Assembly: GCA_017545045.1 (NCBI GenBank)
Contig: JAFYDA010000056.1
Location: forward strand, 2,544 to 66,543
Source of the DNA: Prevotella sp.
GTDB taxonomy: Bacteria; Bacteroidota; Bacteroidia; Bacteroidales; Bacteroidaceae
Direction of reading: 5' to 3'
DNA: 64,000 nt
The position numbers and the translations under genes were made by a program. Positions within the stretch are counted from its first letter, which is position 1. Each line of letters starts with the position of its first letter. Shown piece after piece: positions 37,301-46,528 of this stretch. The notes under the pieces were generated by a model. The model was not told where the DNA came from. It did no database searches and saw nothing but the letters and a program-made list of their open reading frames with translations.

Positions 37301-37317
37301 GTTAGTCTTTTTTTCAT
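34312..37317 (-). CDS. SusC/RagA family TonB-dependent transporter
   Basis: Carboxypeptidase-like N-domain, VVGYG, [31 protein letters not shown] and C-terminal Phe. Putative promoter TATTTTTG at 37435-37442. Confidence 0.95.
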   Translation of the reverse strand: [1001 protein letters not shown]

Positions 37318-37577
37318 AATCTCTCTCGTTTTTTTTGTTAATATAAATGTAAATAGTTAATTTTTACGCGTACCTAATTAATTAATATGGGCGCTTCTCT
37401 TGCCAGAAGTGTCCACTCCTTACCTTTCAGTCTGCAAAAATACTACATAAGTTTCAAAAAAACGAATAAAATTTAAAAAAAATCACAAATTTGCCTCATT
37501 TATTAACAAAGCGCGTTGGATATGCCATATAAAAAGAGACAAAAAAAGGCCGAATGGCACAAGCGATTCGGGAAAAA

Positions 37578-37661
37578 TACAGAGAGGCTCCGGAGAAAAT
37601 TCCCAAGGCTTGGGACAAATGTCCCAGGGCCTGGGACAATGACGCGGAGGCTCTATAGAAA
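37578..37661. repeat. Array 3 of 21-bp palindromic units (A-B-B-A)
   Basis: Units at 37578, 37599, 37620 and 37641. The unit at 37620 is the perfect TGTCCCAGGGCCTGGGACA. Confidence 0.9.
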
Positions 37662-37678
37662 GATGTAGGGATTTTGTG

Positions 37679-38416
37679 TTATATCACGAACTGCACTTCC
37701 TTAAAGGCCATCAGGTAGGTTTCGCGATTGTCGTGGAGCAATTCCAAGTGTCCGTCGTCAGTGACGTTCACGAGCTTGCAGTATGCTTCCTGGCCATCGG
37801 CAAACCTGTAAAGGTGGGTTTCGCCCATGCGGTAGAGCTGGCGGCGATAATGCTTACGTATGACGTCATGATGACCAGCCCGTATCATCTCCATGTATTT
37901 TGCGAGGTTGTCCAGCACCTTTTGCAGCACCTCGTCGCGGTCGACGGCATGGCCAAGAATCTGGCACAAGGAAATAGGATTGGGCGCATCGCTGAGAAAG
38001 CACGTCTGGTTCACATTGATGCCAGTGCCAATGATGCAGTCCATGATATGGTTGCCCTGCAGTGTCGTCTCTATCAGCGTGCCACAGAGCTTGCTGTCCT
38101 TCCAGTAGATGTCGTTAGGCCACTTGATGCTTACGTCATCGGCATAGTCGGAGAGCGTATCGCTGAGAGCCAGGGCATTGGCCATTGAGAGGATGAACTG
38201 GTCGGCAGCCAAGACATCGGCAGGATGTACCAGAATGGAGAACAGCAGGTTCTTTCCCCGCTCCGACTCCCACGTGTTGGTGCCGCAGCCCCGCCCCGCC
38301 GTTTGGTAGTTGGCCACCACGACAGTACCTGTAGCGTGTTTGTCGGCCGTTGCATAGTTCTTTAGCCAGCGGTTCGTCGAGTCAGTCTCGTCAATATGAA
38401 CAATTTTCCATTCCAC
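37679..38416 (-). CDS. birA: Biotin--[acetyl-CoA-carboxylase] ligase
   Basis: DSTN, QTAGRG, KWPNDI, KLCG and GTGINV motifs; no HTH; GTG start. Confidence 0.92.
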   Translation of the reverse strand: MEWKIVHIDETDSTNRWLKNYATADKHATGTVVVANYQTAGRGCGTNTWESERGKNLLFSILVHPADVLAADQFILSMANALALSDTLSDYADDVSIKWPNDIYWKDSKLCGTLIETTLQGNHIMDCIIGTGINVNQTCFLSDAPNPISLCQILGHAVDRDEVLQKVLDNLAKYMEMIRAGHHDVIRKHYRRQLYRMGETHLYRFADGQEAYCKLVNVTDDGHLELLHDNRETYLMAFKEVQFVI

Positions 38417-38564
38417 GCTGCAAAAGTACGATTTTTTTTGTAATTATACGCAGTGGAACAGAAAAAATAACGGAATGCCAGCGACAGTGTACAGTTATTA
38501 ATTTTTGTTTATTTTTTTTATATTGTTTTATAATTTCTTTTGATTAATAATGATTTTTACCTAC

Positions 38565-39275
38565 TTAATTATGAACCAGCGTGCCGATCTCCTCGCCGTC
38601 CATCACCTTCTTCAGGTTGCCGACGACGTCCATGTTGAACACGTAGATGGGCAGGTTGTTGTCCTGGCACATGCAGATGGCCGTAAGGTCCATTACCTTC
38701 AGCCCTCGTGCGAGTACCTCTTTATAAGTAATAGCGTCGAACTTCGTGGCCGTGGGGTCTTTCTCAGGGTCAGCAGTGTAGACGCCGTCCACACGCGTGC
38801 CCTTCAGCATCACGTCGGCCTCAATCTCGATGCCGCGCAGCGACGAGCCCGTGTCGGTCGTGAAATAGGGAGACCCCGTACCGGCGGAGAAGATGCAGAC
38901 ATAGCCCTGCTCCATGGCCTCAATGGCCTTCCACTTGGTGTAGAACTCACCGATGGGCTCCATGCGGATGGCCGTCAGCACCTTGTTCTTGACGCCCACG
39001 GCACCTAAGGCCGACGACAGGGCCAGCGAGTTAATCACTGTGGCGCACATGCCCATCTGGTCGCCTTTCACGCGGTCGAAACCCTTCTGTGAACCACTGA
39101 GTCCGCGGAAGATGTTGCCACCGCCTATGACGATGCCAATCTGGACCCCCATCTCGCTGACTTCCTTAATCTGGCGGGCGTAGTCGCCCAGCCGTTCAGG
39201 GTCAATGCCGTAACCCTGCTTTCCCATCAGGCTCTCGCCCGACAGCTTCAGTAATATTCTCTTGAATCTTGCCAT
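38565..39275 (-). CDS. pyrH: UMP kinase
   Basis: LLKLSGESL, GGGNIFRG and PYFTTD motifs. Confidence 0.96.
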   Translation of the reverse strand: MARFKRILLKLSGESLMGKQGYGIDPERLGDYARQIKEVSEMGVQIGIVIGGGNIFRGLSGSQKGFDRVKGDQMGMCATVINSLALSSALGAVGVKNKVLTAIRMEPIGEFYTKWKAIEAMEQGYVCIFSAGTGSPYFTTDTGSSLRGIEIEADVMLKGTRVDGVYTADPEKDPTATKFDAITYKEVLARGLKVMDLTAICMCQDNNLPIYVFNMDVVGNLKKVMDGEEIGTLVHN

Positions 39276-39315
39276 AATTCTTAATCCTTTATCGCGTAGC
39301 AACTATTTTTGTCCT

Positions 39316-39717
39316 TTAATCCTTAACTTCCTCAAACTCCACGTATTCACCATCGTTGTCGTCGAAAATCTTGCGGTCAGCTTTCTGTTCTTTGCGGTCG
39401 TCAATGATGGTGACGCCACCGTCTGTCCGCGTCGTGCGACGGGCACTCTGCTGCTGAGGCTTCTGTTCACGCGGTTTCTCCTCGTCGGCACTCTTGAAGT
39501 AGTCGTCCTTGAACTTCGGCTTTTCCTCTTCGTGATAGTGCTTGGTGGACGTACGCTTGAAGTATTCGTCTTCCTCAGCCATCCTGCGGGCCTCGCGGGC
39601 TTCTGCAGCCTCTCTCAGCCTGCGCTTCACGTCGCGTATGCGGTGGTGGAACAGAATGGCCATCACAATAGCGAGAAACAGGAACACACAGAGACAGATA
39701 ATCAAAATTTCTTTCAT
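39316..39717 (-). CDS. Small membrane-anchored protein (DUF4834-like)
   Basis: N-terminal TM helix and C-terminal KIFDDNDGEYVEFEEV. Confidence 0.7.
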   Translation of the reverse strand: MKEILIICLCVFLFLAIVMAILFHHRIRDVKRRLREAAEAREARRMAEEDEYFKRTSTKHYHEEEKPKFKDDYFKSADEEKPREQKPQQQSARRTTRTDGGVTIIDDRKEQKADRKIFDDNDGEYVEFEEVKD

Positions 39718-39743
39718 AGAAATAAGGTGTTTTTAGTGAAAGG

Positions 39744-40433
39744 CTATTTCTTACGCATGGCGACAACAGAGAGCACGACGTACCAGGCAATGACAATGGC
39801 GATACCGCTGATGCCGAAAAACAAGAGCAGTGGGATGCAGGTTATCAGGAATATGTATTTTATCTCGTTGCCTTCCCAGCCCCAGGTCTTGAATTTCAGG
39901 GCGAACATAGGAATCTCGCTGACGAGTAGGTAACAGCTCCAGAACGTACTCAGCAGTATCAGCCACGAAGCGTAGGGCAGGGTGGGGAGCCATTCTCCGG
40001 AGCCTGCGATGAGCGACCCCCAGAACAGGGCATTGGCAGGCGTAGGCAGGCCGATGAAGCCTAATGCCTGGCGCTCGTCGAGATTGAACTTCGCCAGTCG
40101 CAGGGCCGAGAAGGCTGCCATGATGAAGGCCAGATAAGGTAATGCACATTGTGCATTGTGCATTGTGCATTCTGCATTAAGAAAATGGAAAACGATGGCT
40201 GAGGGAGCGAAGCCGAAGGTGATGTCGTCGGCTAATGAGTCGAGCTCCTTGCCGATGGGCGACGAGACATGCAGCAGACGCGCCGTCATGCCGTCGAAGA
40301 AGTCGAACACGGCACCGATGACGATAAACAGCAATGCCAGATGAGAGTCACCCTGGAAAGCCCAGTAAGTAGCAATACAACCTGAAATGAGGTTGCAGCA
40401 CGTAATCGCATTAGGGATATGCTTCTTAAACAT
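39744..40433 (-). CDS. pssA: CDP-diacylglycerol--serine O-phosphatidyltransferase
   Basis: DFFDGMTAR...GKELDSLAD CDP-alcohol motif, RLAKFN and FIGLPTP; adjacent to psd. Confidence 0.93.
   Translation of the reverse strand: MFKKHIPNAITCCNLISGCIATYWAFQGDSHLALLFIVIGAVFDFFDGMTARLLHVSSPIGKELDSLADDITFGFAPSAIVFHFLNAECTMHNAQCALPYLAFIMAAFSALRLAKFNLDERQALGFIGLPTPANALFWGSLIAGSGEWLPTLPYASWLILLSTFWSCYLLVSEIPMFALKFKTWGWEGNEIKYIFLITCIPLLLFFGISGIAIVIAWYVVLSVVAMRKK
40141..40178. repeat. Heptamer repeat (TGTGCAT)n in frame in pssA
   Basis: AATGCACATTGTGCATTGTGCATTGTGCATTCTGCATT, encoding NAECTMHNAQCA. Confidence 0.85.
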
Positions 40434-40436
40434 CGT

Positions 40437-40478
40437 GCGGTAGCAAATTATTCACTCTTCACTTTTCACTCTTCACTT
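40437..40478 (+). repeat. Heptamer mini-element between psd and pssA
   Basis: GCGGTAGCAAATTATTCACTCTTCACTTTTCACTCTTCACTT; includes the psd stop codon. Confidence 0.8.
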
Positions 40479-41162
40479 CAGCTTCGCAATCACCGTCTGG
40501 TCGCCTGTCGTCGGCTGGTCCATGGTCACGCAGACTTTTGAGTTGAGCGGCAGGAACACGTCAACACGCGAGCCGAGCTTGATGAAGCCCATGTGCTGAT
40601 CAATGTAGCAATCTTCTTCGGGCTTGGCATAGGTCACAATGCGGCGGGCCATGGCGCCGGCAATCTGGCGCACCAGGATGTCCTCGCCTTCAGGTGTGGT
40701 TATCATGATGTCGGCATGCTCGTTCTCCTCGCTCGCCTTGGGAAGCCATGCCTTGTGATAGTTGCCGTTGAAATGCTTCACGAACTTGACATGGCCGTCT
40801 ACGGGAAACCAGTTGGCATGCACGTTCAGCGGACTCATGAAAATACTGACCATCAGTCGCTTGCCATGGAAATACTCGTTCTCGTCTGTCTCCTCGATGA
40901 CCACCACCCTGCCGTCTGCCGGAGCCACCACGGTGCGTTCAGTGTCGCCGTTGAAATAGCGGATGGGACAGCGGTAGAAATTCAGGGCCATCAGCCATGC
41001 CGTCGTCAGGACGGCCGTCACGACAACACAGGGAATGATGCTGTCGAAGGCATGCCACAACGCTGTCGCAATGGCCGCAATGAGTACGGCACTGTAAAAC
41101 AGCTCAGTCGTCCCTTCACGATGTATTCTTATTTTTTTGAGTTTCTTGATTCTTTCTCCCAT
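40473..41162 (-). CDS. psd: Phosphatidylserine decarboxylase proenzyme
   Basis: [16 protein letters not shown] and KLGSRVD self-cleavage site. Confidence 0.93.
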   Translation of the reverse strand: MGERIKKLKKIRIHREGTTELFYSAVLIAAIATALWHAFDSIIPCVVVTAVLTTAWLMALNFYRCPIRYFNGDTERTVVAPADGRVVVIEETDENEYFHGKRLMVSIFMSPLNVHANWFPVDGHVKFVKHFNGNYHKAWLPKASEENEHADIMITTPEGEDILVRQIAGAMARRIVTYAKPEEDCYIDQHMGFIKLGSRVDVFLPLNSKVCVTMDQPTTGDQTVIAKLK

Positions 41163-41309
41163 AGTTGGCTTTTAGCAATTGCGATGCAAAGGTACGCTTT
41201 TTTTTACGTAAGAAACAAATTAAAATGTTAAAGTAATGTTAAATCCCTCCTGTCTCGGTAGAAAAGATTATTTAACGCATTTTTGTTTGGTGATGTCGGG
41301 AAAATGATG

Positions 41310-41317
41310 TATCTTTG
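41310..41317 (+). promoter_or_regulatory. -7 promoter element directly before dnaE
   Basis: TATCTTTG ends 5 nt before the ATG; TTTG is present about 20 nt upstream. Confidence 0.65.
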
Positions 41318-41322
41318 CAGAC

Positions 41323-44300
41323 ATGGAAGACTTCATTCATCTGCATGTACATACATTCTACTCCATACTCGACGGTCAGTCAAAGATATCGAGACTCGTA
41401 GACAAAGCCATTGCCAACGGCATGAAGGGCATGGCCGTCACCGATCATGGCGACATGTTCGGCATCAAGGAGTTTCATGATTATTGCGTCGGCATCAACG
41501 GTAAGCGCAAGGAAGAAGGGCTCGAGGCGTTCAAGCCCATCTTCGGCTGCGAGATGTATGTGGCGCGTCACGGCTCCAAAGAGCAGAAGAACGGCAAGGA
41601 TGACCAGAGCGGCTACCACCTCATTGTGTTAGCCAAGAACTATCAGGGCTACAAGAACCTTATCAAGCTCGTGTCGCGCTCGTGGACCGACGGCTTTTAT
41701 ATGCGTCCGCGTACCGACCGTGCCGACCTGGAGCGCTACCACGAAGGGCTGATTGTCTGTTCGGCCTGTCTTGCAGGCGAGGTGCCCCGCAAGATTTATG
41801 CCGGCGACATGGACGGTGCCCGTGAGGCTATCGAATGGTATAAGAACCTCTTTGGCGATGACTATTATCTGGAGCTCATGCGCCACGAGGTGAAGGATCC
41901 CGCTATTCGTGCTAACCGCGAGGTGTTCCCCCAGCAGCAGGTGGTGAACAAGGCGCTCATCGAGCTGGCTCACGAGTACGGCATCAAACTTGTCTGTACG
42001 AATGATGTGCATTTTGTCGATGAAGAGAATGCCGAGGCTCATGACCACCTGCTCTGTCTGTCGACGGGCAAGGACTTGGACGACCCTACTCGCATGCTCT
42101 ACACCAAGCAGGAGTGGTTCAAGACCCGTGAGGAAATGAACGGCATTTTCAGCGATGTGCCCGAGGCTCTGAGCAATACCCTGGAGATACTTGACAAGGT
42201 GGAGATCTATAGTTTGGACCACGATCCCATCATGCCCTTCTTTCCTATTCCCGAAGAGTTTGGCTCGGAGGAACAGTGGAGAGCGAAGTTTACCGAAGAA
42301 CAGCTCTATGAGGAGTTTACTCGTGATGAAAACGGTCAGAACCCGCTGCCGCGTGAGGAGGGCGAGAAGAAAATCAAGAAACTCGGCGGCTACGAGAAAC
42401 TATACCGTATTAAGTTCGAGGCCGACTATCTGGCCAAGCTGGCGTATGAGGGTGCACATCGCCGCTATGGCGAACAGTTGTCGAAGGAGGTGGAAGACCG
42501 CATACGCTTTGAGCTTCACATCATGAAGACGATGGGCTTCCCGGGTTACTTCCTGATTGTGCAGGACTTTATCAACAGCGCCCGTGACGAACTGGACGTG
42601 ATGGTGGGACCTGGCCGTGGCTCTGCGGCTGGCTCCGTGGTGGCCTACTGCTTGGGCATCACGAAGATCGATCCGCTGAAGTACGACCTGCTGTTCGAGC
42701 GTTTCCTCAATCCCGACCGTATCTCGCTGCCCGATATTGATACCGACTTCGATGACGACGGCCGAGGCCGTGTGCTGAAGTGGGTGGAGGACAAGTATGG
42801 CCACGAGAACTGTGCGCATATTATCACCTACGCCTCGATGGCCACGAAGAACAGTATTAAGGATGTCGCACGCGTAGAGAAACTGCCGTTGGCTGAATCG
42901 AACCGCCTGTGCAAGGCTATTCCCGACCGTCTGCCCGATGTGGATGGCAAGACGCCGAAGATGAATCTTTCCAACGCCATCAAAGCCGTGAAGGAGTTGC
43001 GTGATGCCGAGGCATCAAGCGATCCTGTCCTGGCCAACACCATCAAGTACGCCAAGATGCTGGAAGGCACCGTCCGCGGCACGGGCATCCACGCCTGCGG
43101 CTTCATCATCTGCCGCGACCCCATTAGCGACTGGGTGCCCGTTAGCACCGCCGACGACCCCGACTTCAAGGACACGAAGACCAACTGCACGCAGTACGAC
43201 GGTCACGTCATCGAGTCCACGGGGCTCATCAAGATGGACTTCCTGGGGCTGAAGACACTCTCCGAGCTGAAGGAGGCCTGCGCCAATATCAAGCTGACGC
43301 GAGGCATCGACATCGACCTTGACAACATACCCATCGACGACCCCAAGACCTACGAACTCTATCAGCAGGGGCGCACCATCGGCACTTTCCAGTTTGAGTC
43401 GGCGGGCATGCAGAAATACCTGCGCGAGCTGCAGCCGACGGTCTTCGAGGACCTCATTGCTATGAACGCCCTCTATCGGCCGGGGCCTATGGAAAAGATT
43501 CCCAACTTCATTGCCCGCAAGCATGGCAAGGAGGAAATCAAGTACGACATCCCCATCATGGAGAAGTATCTGAAGGACACCTACGGCATTACCGTCTATC
43601 AGGAGCAGGTGATGTTGCTCAGCCGACTGTTGGCCAACTTTACCCGCGGAGAGAGCGACGCCCTGCGTAAGGCCATGGGTAAGAAGAAAATTGCCATCGT
43701 CAATGCCATGAAGCCTAAGTTCATTGCCGGTGGACAGAAGAACGGCCACGATCCTGAAGTGCTCGACAAGATATGGAAGGAGTGGGAAGCCTTTGCCTCA
43801 TACGCCTTCAACAAGTCGCACGCTGCCTGCTACTCCTGGGTGGCCTACCAGACGGCCTATCTGAAAGCTAACTACCCCGCTGAGTTCATGGCCGCCATCA
43901 TGAGCCGCCGTCGCGACCAGATAACGGAAATCACGAAACTCATGGACGAGTGCAAGCAGATGAAAATCAATACGCTGGGACCCGATGTCAACGAGTCGTA
44001 CCAGAAGTTCGGTGTGAACCACAAGGGCCACATCCGTTTCGGACTGGCAGCTATCAAGGGCATGGGTGATTCTGCCGCACAGGCCATTATCGACGAGCGC
44101 GAGAAGAACGGCCCTTACAAGACCATATTCGATTTTGCCCAGCGTGTGCCCTTTGCCAGCGTCAACCGTAGGGCCTACGAGTCGCTGGCGCTGAGTGGCG
44201 GCTTCGACTCCTTCGGCATCCGTCGCGAGGAGTTCTTTGCACAGAATAATAAAGGAGAAATGTTCCTCGATACGCTGGTACGCTACGGACAGCTCTACCA

Positions 44301-45054
44301 GCAGGAGAAGCAGCAGGCACAGAACTCGCTGTTCGGCGGCTTCGACGACGGCATAGAGATAGCCACACCGCCCATTCCGAAGACCGACGAGCGTTGGAGC
44401 GACATCGAGAAGCTGAACAAAGAACGCGATCTCGTGGGCATCTACCTCTCTGCCCATCCCTTGGACGAGTACAAGATAGTGCTCGACAACCTTTGCAACA
44501 CGAAGTGCCAGGAACTGGCCGACGTCGATCGCCTCACCGACCGCGACTCCGTGGTGGTCGGCGGCATCGTCACCGCCGTGCGTACGGGCTTCACAAAGAA
44601 TGATAAGGCTTACGGCATCGTCACCCTCGAGGACTTCGAGGGCTCCGGCGAACTGGCCCTCTTCGGCGAAGACTGGGGCCGACACTCCGGCTTTTTCAGC
44701 ATCGGCGCCTCCGTCTACGTCACGGGAAAGGTGCAGGCACGCTGGCAGCATAAGGAGGACAGCCCGAAGGACCTGAAGATTATGGGCGTGGAGTTCCTCC
44801 AGTCAGTGAAGGAGAAGGCGATTGACCGCATCACCATCCAATTGACCACAGACCTGCTGAACGACCAGATTGTGGCCGAACTGAGCGAGATCGTCAGCGA
44901 GCATCCCGGAAAGACGAAGCTCTTCTTCCAGCTGCGCGACTCGTTGGGCAAGCATCATGTGCTGCTGCACTCAAAGAACCGTGAGATAGACGTGCGCTAC
45001 CAGCTCATCGACTATATTGAGCGTACGGAGGCGCTGGACTACAAGATAAATTAA
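41323..45054 (+). CDS. dnaE: DNA polymerase III subunit alpha
   Basis: PHP domain HLHVH/TDHG, GPGRGSAAGS, PDIDTDF and YAFNKSH motifs. Confidence 0.97.
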   Translation: MEDFIHLHVHTFYSILDGQSKISRLVDKAIANGMKGMAVTDHGDMFGIKEFHDYCVGINGKRKEEGLEAFKPIFGCEMYVARHGSKEQKNGKDDQSGYHLIVLAKNYQGYKNLIKLVSRSWTDGFYMRPRTDRADLERYHEGLIVCSACLAGEVPRKIYAGDMDGAREAIEWYKNLFGDDYYLELMRHEVKDPAIRANREVFPQQQVVNKALIELAHEYGIKLVCTNDVHFVDEENAEAHDHLLCLSTGKDLDDPTRMLYTKQEWFKTREEMNGIFSDVPEALSNTLEILDKVEIYSLDHDPIMPFFPIPEEFGSEEQWRAKFTEEQLYEEFTRDENGQNPLPREEGEKKIKKLGGYEKLYRIKFEADYLAKLAYEGAHRRYGEQLSKEVEDRIRFELHIMKTMGFPGYFLIVQDFINSARDELDVMVGPGRGSAAGSVVAYCLGITKIDPLKYDLLFERFLNPDRISLPDIDTDFDDDGRGRVLKWVEDKYGHENCAHIITYASMATKNSIKDVARVEKLPLAESNRLCKAIPDRLPDVDGKTPKMNLSNAIKAVKELRDAEASSDPVLANTIKYAKMLEGTVRGTGIHACGFIICRDPISDWVPVSTADDPDFKDTKTNCTQYDGHVIESTGLIKMDFLGLKTLSELKEACANIKLTRGIDIDLDNIPIDDPKTYELYQQGRTIGTFQFESAGMQKYLRELQPTVFEDLIAMNALYRPGPMEKIPNFIARKHGKEEIKYDIPIMEKYLKDTYGITVYQEQVMLLSRLLANFTRGESDALRKAMGKKKIAIVNAMKPKFIAGGQKNGHDPEVLDKIWKEWEAFASYAFNKSHAACYSWVAYQTAYLKANYPAEFMAAIMSRRRDQITEITKLMDECKQMKINTLGPDVNESYQKFGVNHKGHIRFGLAAIKGMGDSAAQAIIDEREKNGPYKTIFDFAQRVPFASVNRRAYESLALSGGFDSFGIRREEFFAQNNKGEMFLDTLVRYGQLYQQEKQQAQNSLFGGFDDGIEIATPPIPKTDERWSDIEKLNKERDLVGIYLSAHPLDEYKIVLDNLCNTKCQELADVDRLTDRDSVVVGGIVTAVRTGFTKNDKAYGIVTLEDFEGSGELALFGEDWGRHSGFFSIGASVYVTGKVQARWQHKEDSPKDLKIMGVEFLQSVKEKAIDRITIQLTTDLLNDQIVAELSEIVSEHPGKTKLFFQLRDSLGKHHVLLHSKNREIDVRYQLIDYIERTEALDYKIN

Positions 45055-45089
45055 GAATTGTTTTACTAACTAATAAAGACATTAGAATT

Positions 45090-45404
45090 ATGGAAGTGAA
45101 AATCACAAGCGAGAATTTTCAGAGTCTGAAGAACGGCCAGCTGCCGTTAGTTGTTGATTTCTGGGCAACATGGTGTGGCCCCTGCCGCATGATATCCCCC
45201 ATCATTACCGAGCTGGCAAAGGAGTACGACGGACGGATTGTCGTCGGCAAGTGCGACGTTGAGGAGAACGAGGACCTGGCCTCCGACTTCGGTATCCGCA
45301 ACATCCCCACTATATTGTTCTTCAAGGACGGTGAGATTGTAGACAAGCTCGTTGGCGCCGTCAGCAAGTCCAAACTCGAAGAGAAATTCCAAACCCTTCT
45401 GTAG
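45090..45404 (+). CDS. trxA: Thioredoxin
   Basis: DFWATWCGPC active site and IPT. Confidence 0.95.
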   Translation: MEVKITSENFQSLKNGQLPLVVDFWATWCGPCRMISPIITELAKEYDGRIVVGKCDVEENEDLASDFGIRNIPTILFFKDGEIVDKLVGAVSKSKLEEKFQTLL

Positions 45405-45407
45405 ACC

Positions 45408-45734
45408 ATGCACTCACCGACGTTTGAAGAAGAGCTTCGCATGGACGAAGAGGAGACCCGCCGAGAGATTGAGTTTATCCGTGAACGCTTGCCGCAGGAG
45501 ATGAAGACCCACTTCTCCGACGATGACCTGTATTACTTCATTGACGCCATTGTGGACTATTATTACGAAAGCGGCATACTTGAGTCTACGGCTGACGAAG
45601 TGGACATCGACCTGCAACAAGTGGCCGATGCCGTGACCGCCCAGGCCCTGACAGACAGGCGTGGGAGGTTCGATGCCGAAGAAGTGTTCTATGTCGTCGA
45701 GGCCGACATGGATTTCCAGGAGCAGAACGTCTGA
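45408..45734 (+). CDS. Acidic hypothetical protein
   Basis: 108-aa ORF 3 bp after trxA on the same strand. Confidence 0.7.
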   Translation: MHSPTFEEELRMDEEETRREIEFIRERLPQEMKTHFSDDDLYYFIDAIVDYYYESGILESTADEVDIDLQQVADAVTAQALTDRRGRFDAEEVFYVVEADMDFQEQNV

Positions 45735-45768
45735 GCAGTCGAGGGTTAGGCGTTGTCGCCTTCTGCGA

Positions 45769-46185
45769 TTAAGAGTTAAGGATTAAGAGTTCTCTGCTAC
45801 CGTCGGGTAGCTGAGTGATTTTCACTTTGACGGCATCCTCGGGCAGCAGCTCCTCAATCATTTCCGGCCATTCTATGAAGCAGCGCGCACCGCTGTAGAA
45901 GTAGTCCTCGTACCCCATGTCGTAGACCTCCTCCAATTTCTTGATGCGGTAGAAGTCGAAGTGGAAGATGCGTCCCTCCCTCGCCTCATATTCGTTAACA
46001 ATGGCGAAGGTGGGCGAGGTGATGACGTCCTCCACGCCCAACGCTTCGCAGACGGCTTTGATGAATGTCGTCTTGCCCACTCCCATCGCGCCGTAGAAGG
46101 CGACGACGCGGTGGTCTCCTATATGGCCGACAAAGCGGCGGGCTGCCTCGCCGATGTGTTCAATGTCTGTAATCTTGATTTCCAT
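45769..46185 (-). CDS. tsaE: tRNA threonylcarbamoyladenosine biosynthesis ATPase
   Basis: GAMGVGKT, SPTF, HFDFYR and IEWPE motifs. Start at MEIKI. Confidence 0.95.
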   Translation of the reverse strand: MEIKITDIEHIGEAARRFVGHIGDHRVVAFYGAMGVGKTTFIKAVCEALGVEDVITSPTFAIVNEYEAREGRIFHFDFYRIKKLEEVYDMGYEDYFYSGARCFIEWPEMIEELLPEDAVKVKITQLPDGSRELLILNS

Positions 46186-46227
46186 AAGCAGAAAACGTGT
46201 GTTTCCCGAATTGTAAGCTGTTGTGTG

Positions 46228-46301
46228 TGTCGACACTTGGACTCGAACCAAGGACCCCCACCATGTCAAGGTGATACTCTAACCAGCTGAGCTATGCCGA
46301 C
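46228..46301 (-). tRNA. tRNA-Val (GAC)
   Basis: GTCGGCATAGCTCAGCTGGTTAGAG...TCACC-TTGACAT-GGTGG...GGTTCGAGTCC...TGTCGACA. Confidence 0.93.
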
Positions 46302-46352
46302 CTTTCTTTTTTCACTGTTCACCCTTCGCCGTTTTGTCAGCGAAGCGTTTTG

Positions 46353-46434
46353 TGCGCCTGACAGGACTCGAACCTGCACATCGTGAGATACCAGATCCTA
46401 AGTCTGGCGCGTCTACCAGTTCCGCCACAGGCGC
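46353..46434 (-). tRNA. tRNA-Leu (TAG)
   Basis: GCGCCTGTGGCGGAACTGGTAGACGCG-CCAGA-CTTAGGA-TCTGG, long variable arm, GGTTCGAGTCC; promoter TACCTTTG at 46453-46460. Confidence 0.95.
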
Positions 46435-46528
46435 GTTTGTCATTTGCGGCTGCAAAGGTAACACTTTTTGTTGAAACTGCCAAACTATTTTCGGATTTTT
46501 TTTGAATACAGCCTGTTTTCCTATCTCT

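Noticed and set aside
42250-42420. Extra segment in DnaE as a possible intein
   Set aside because: It is short and has no intein terminal or endonuclease motifs. It looks like a lineage-typical insertion.
46186-46269. N-terminal extension of tsaE and ORF 46312-46539
   Set aside because: Both overlap tRNA genes.
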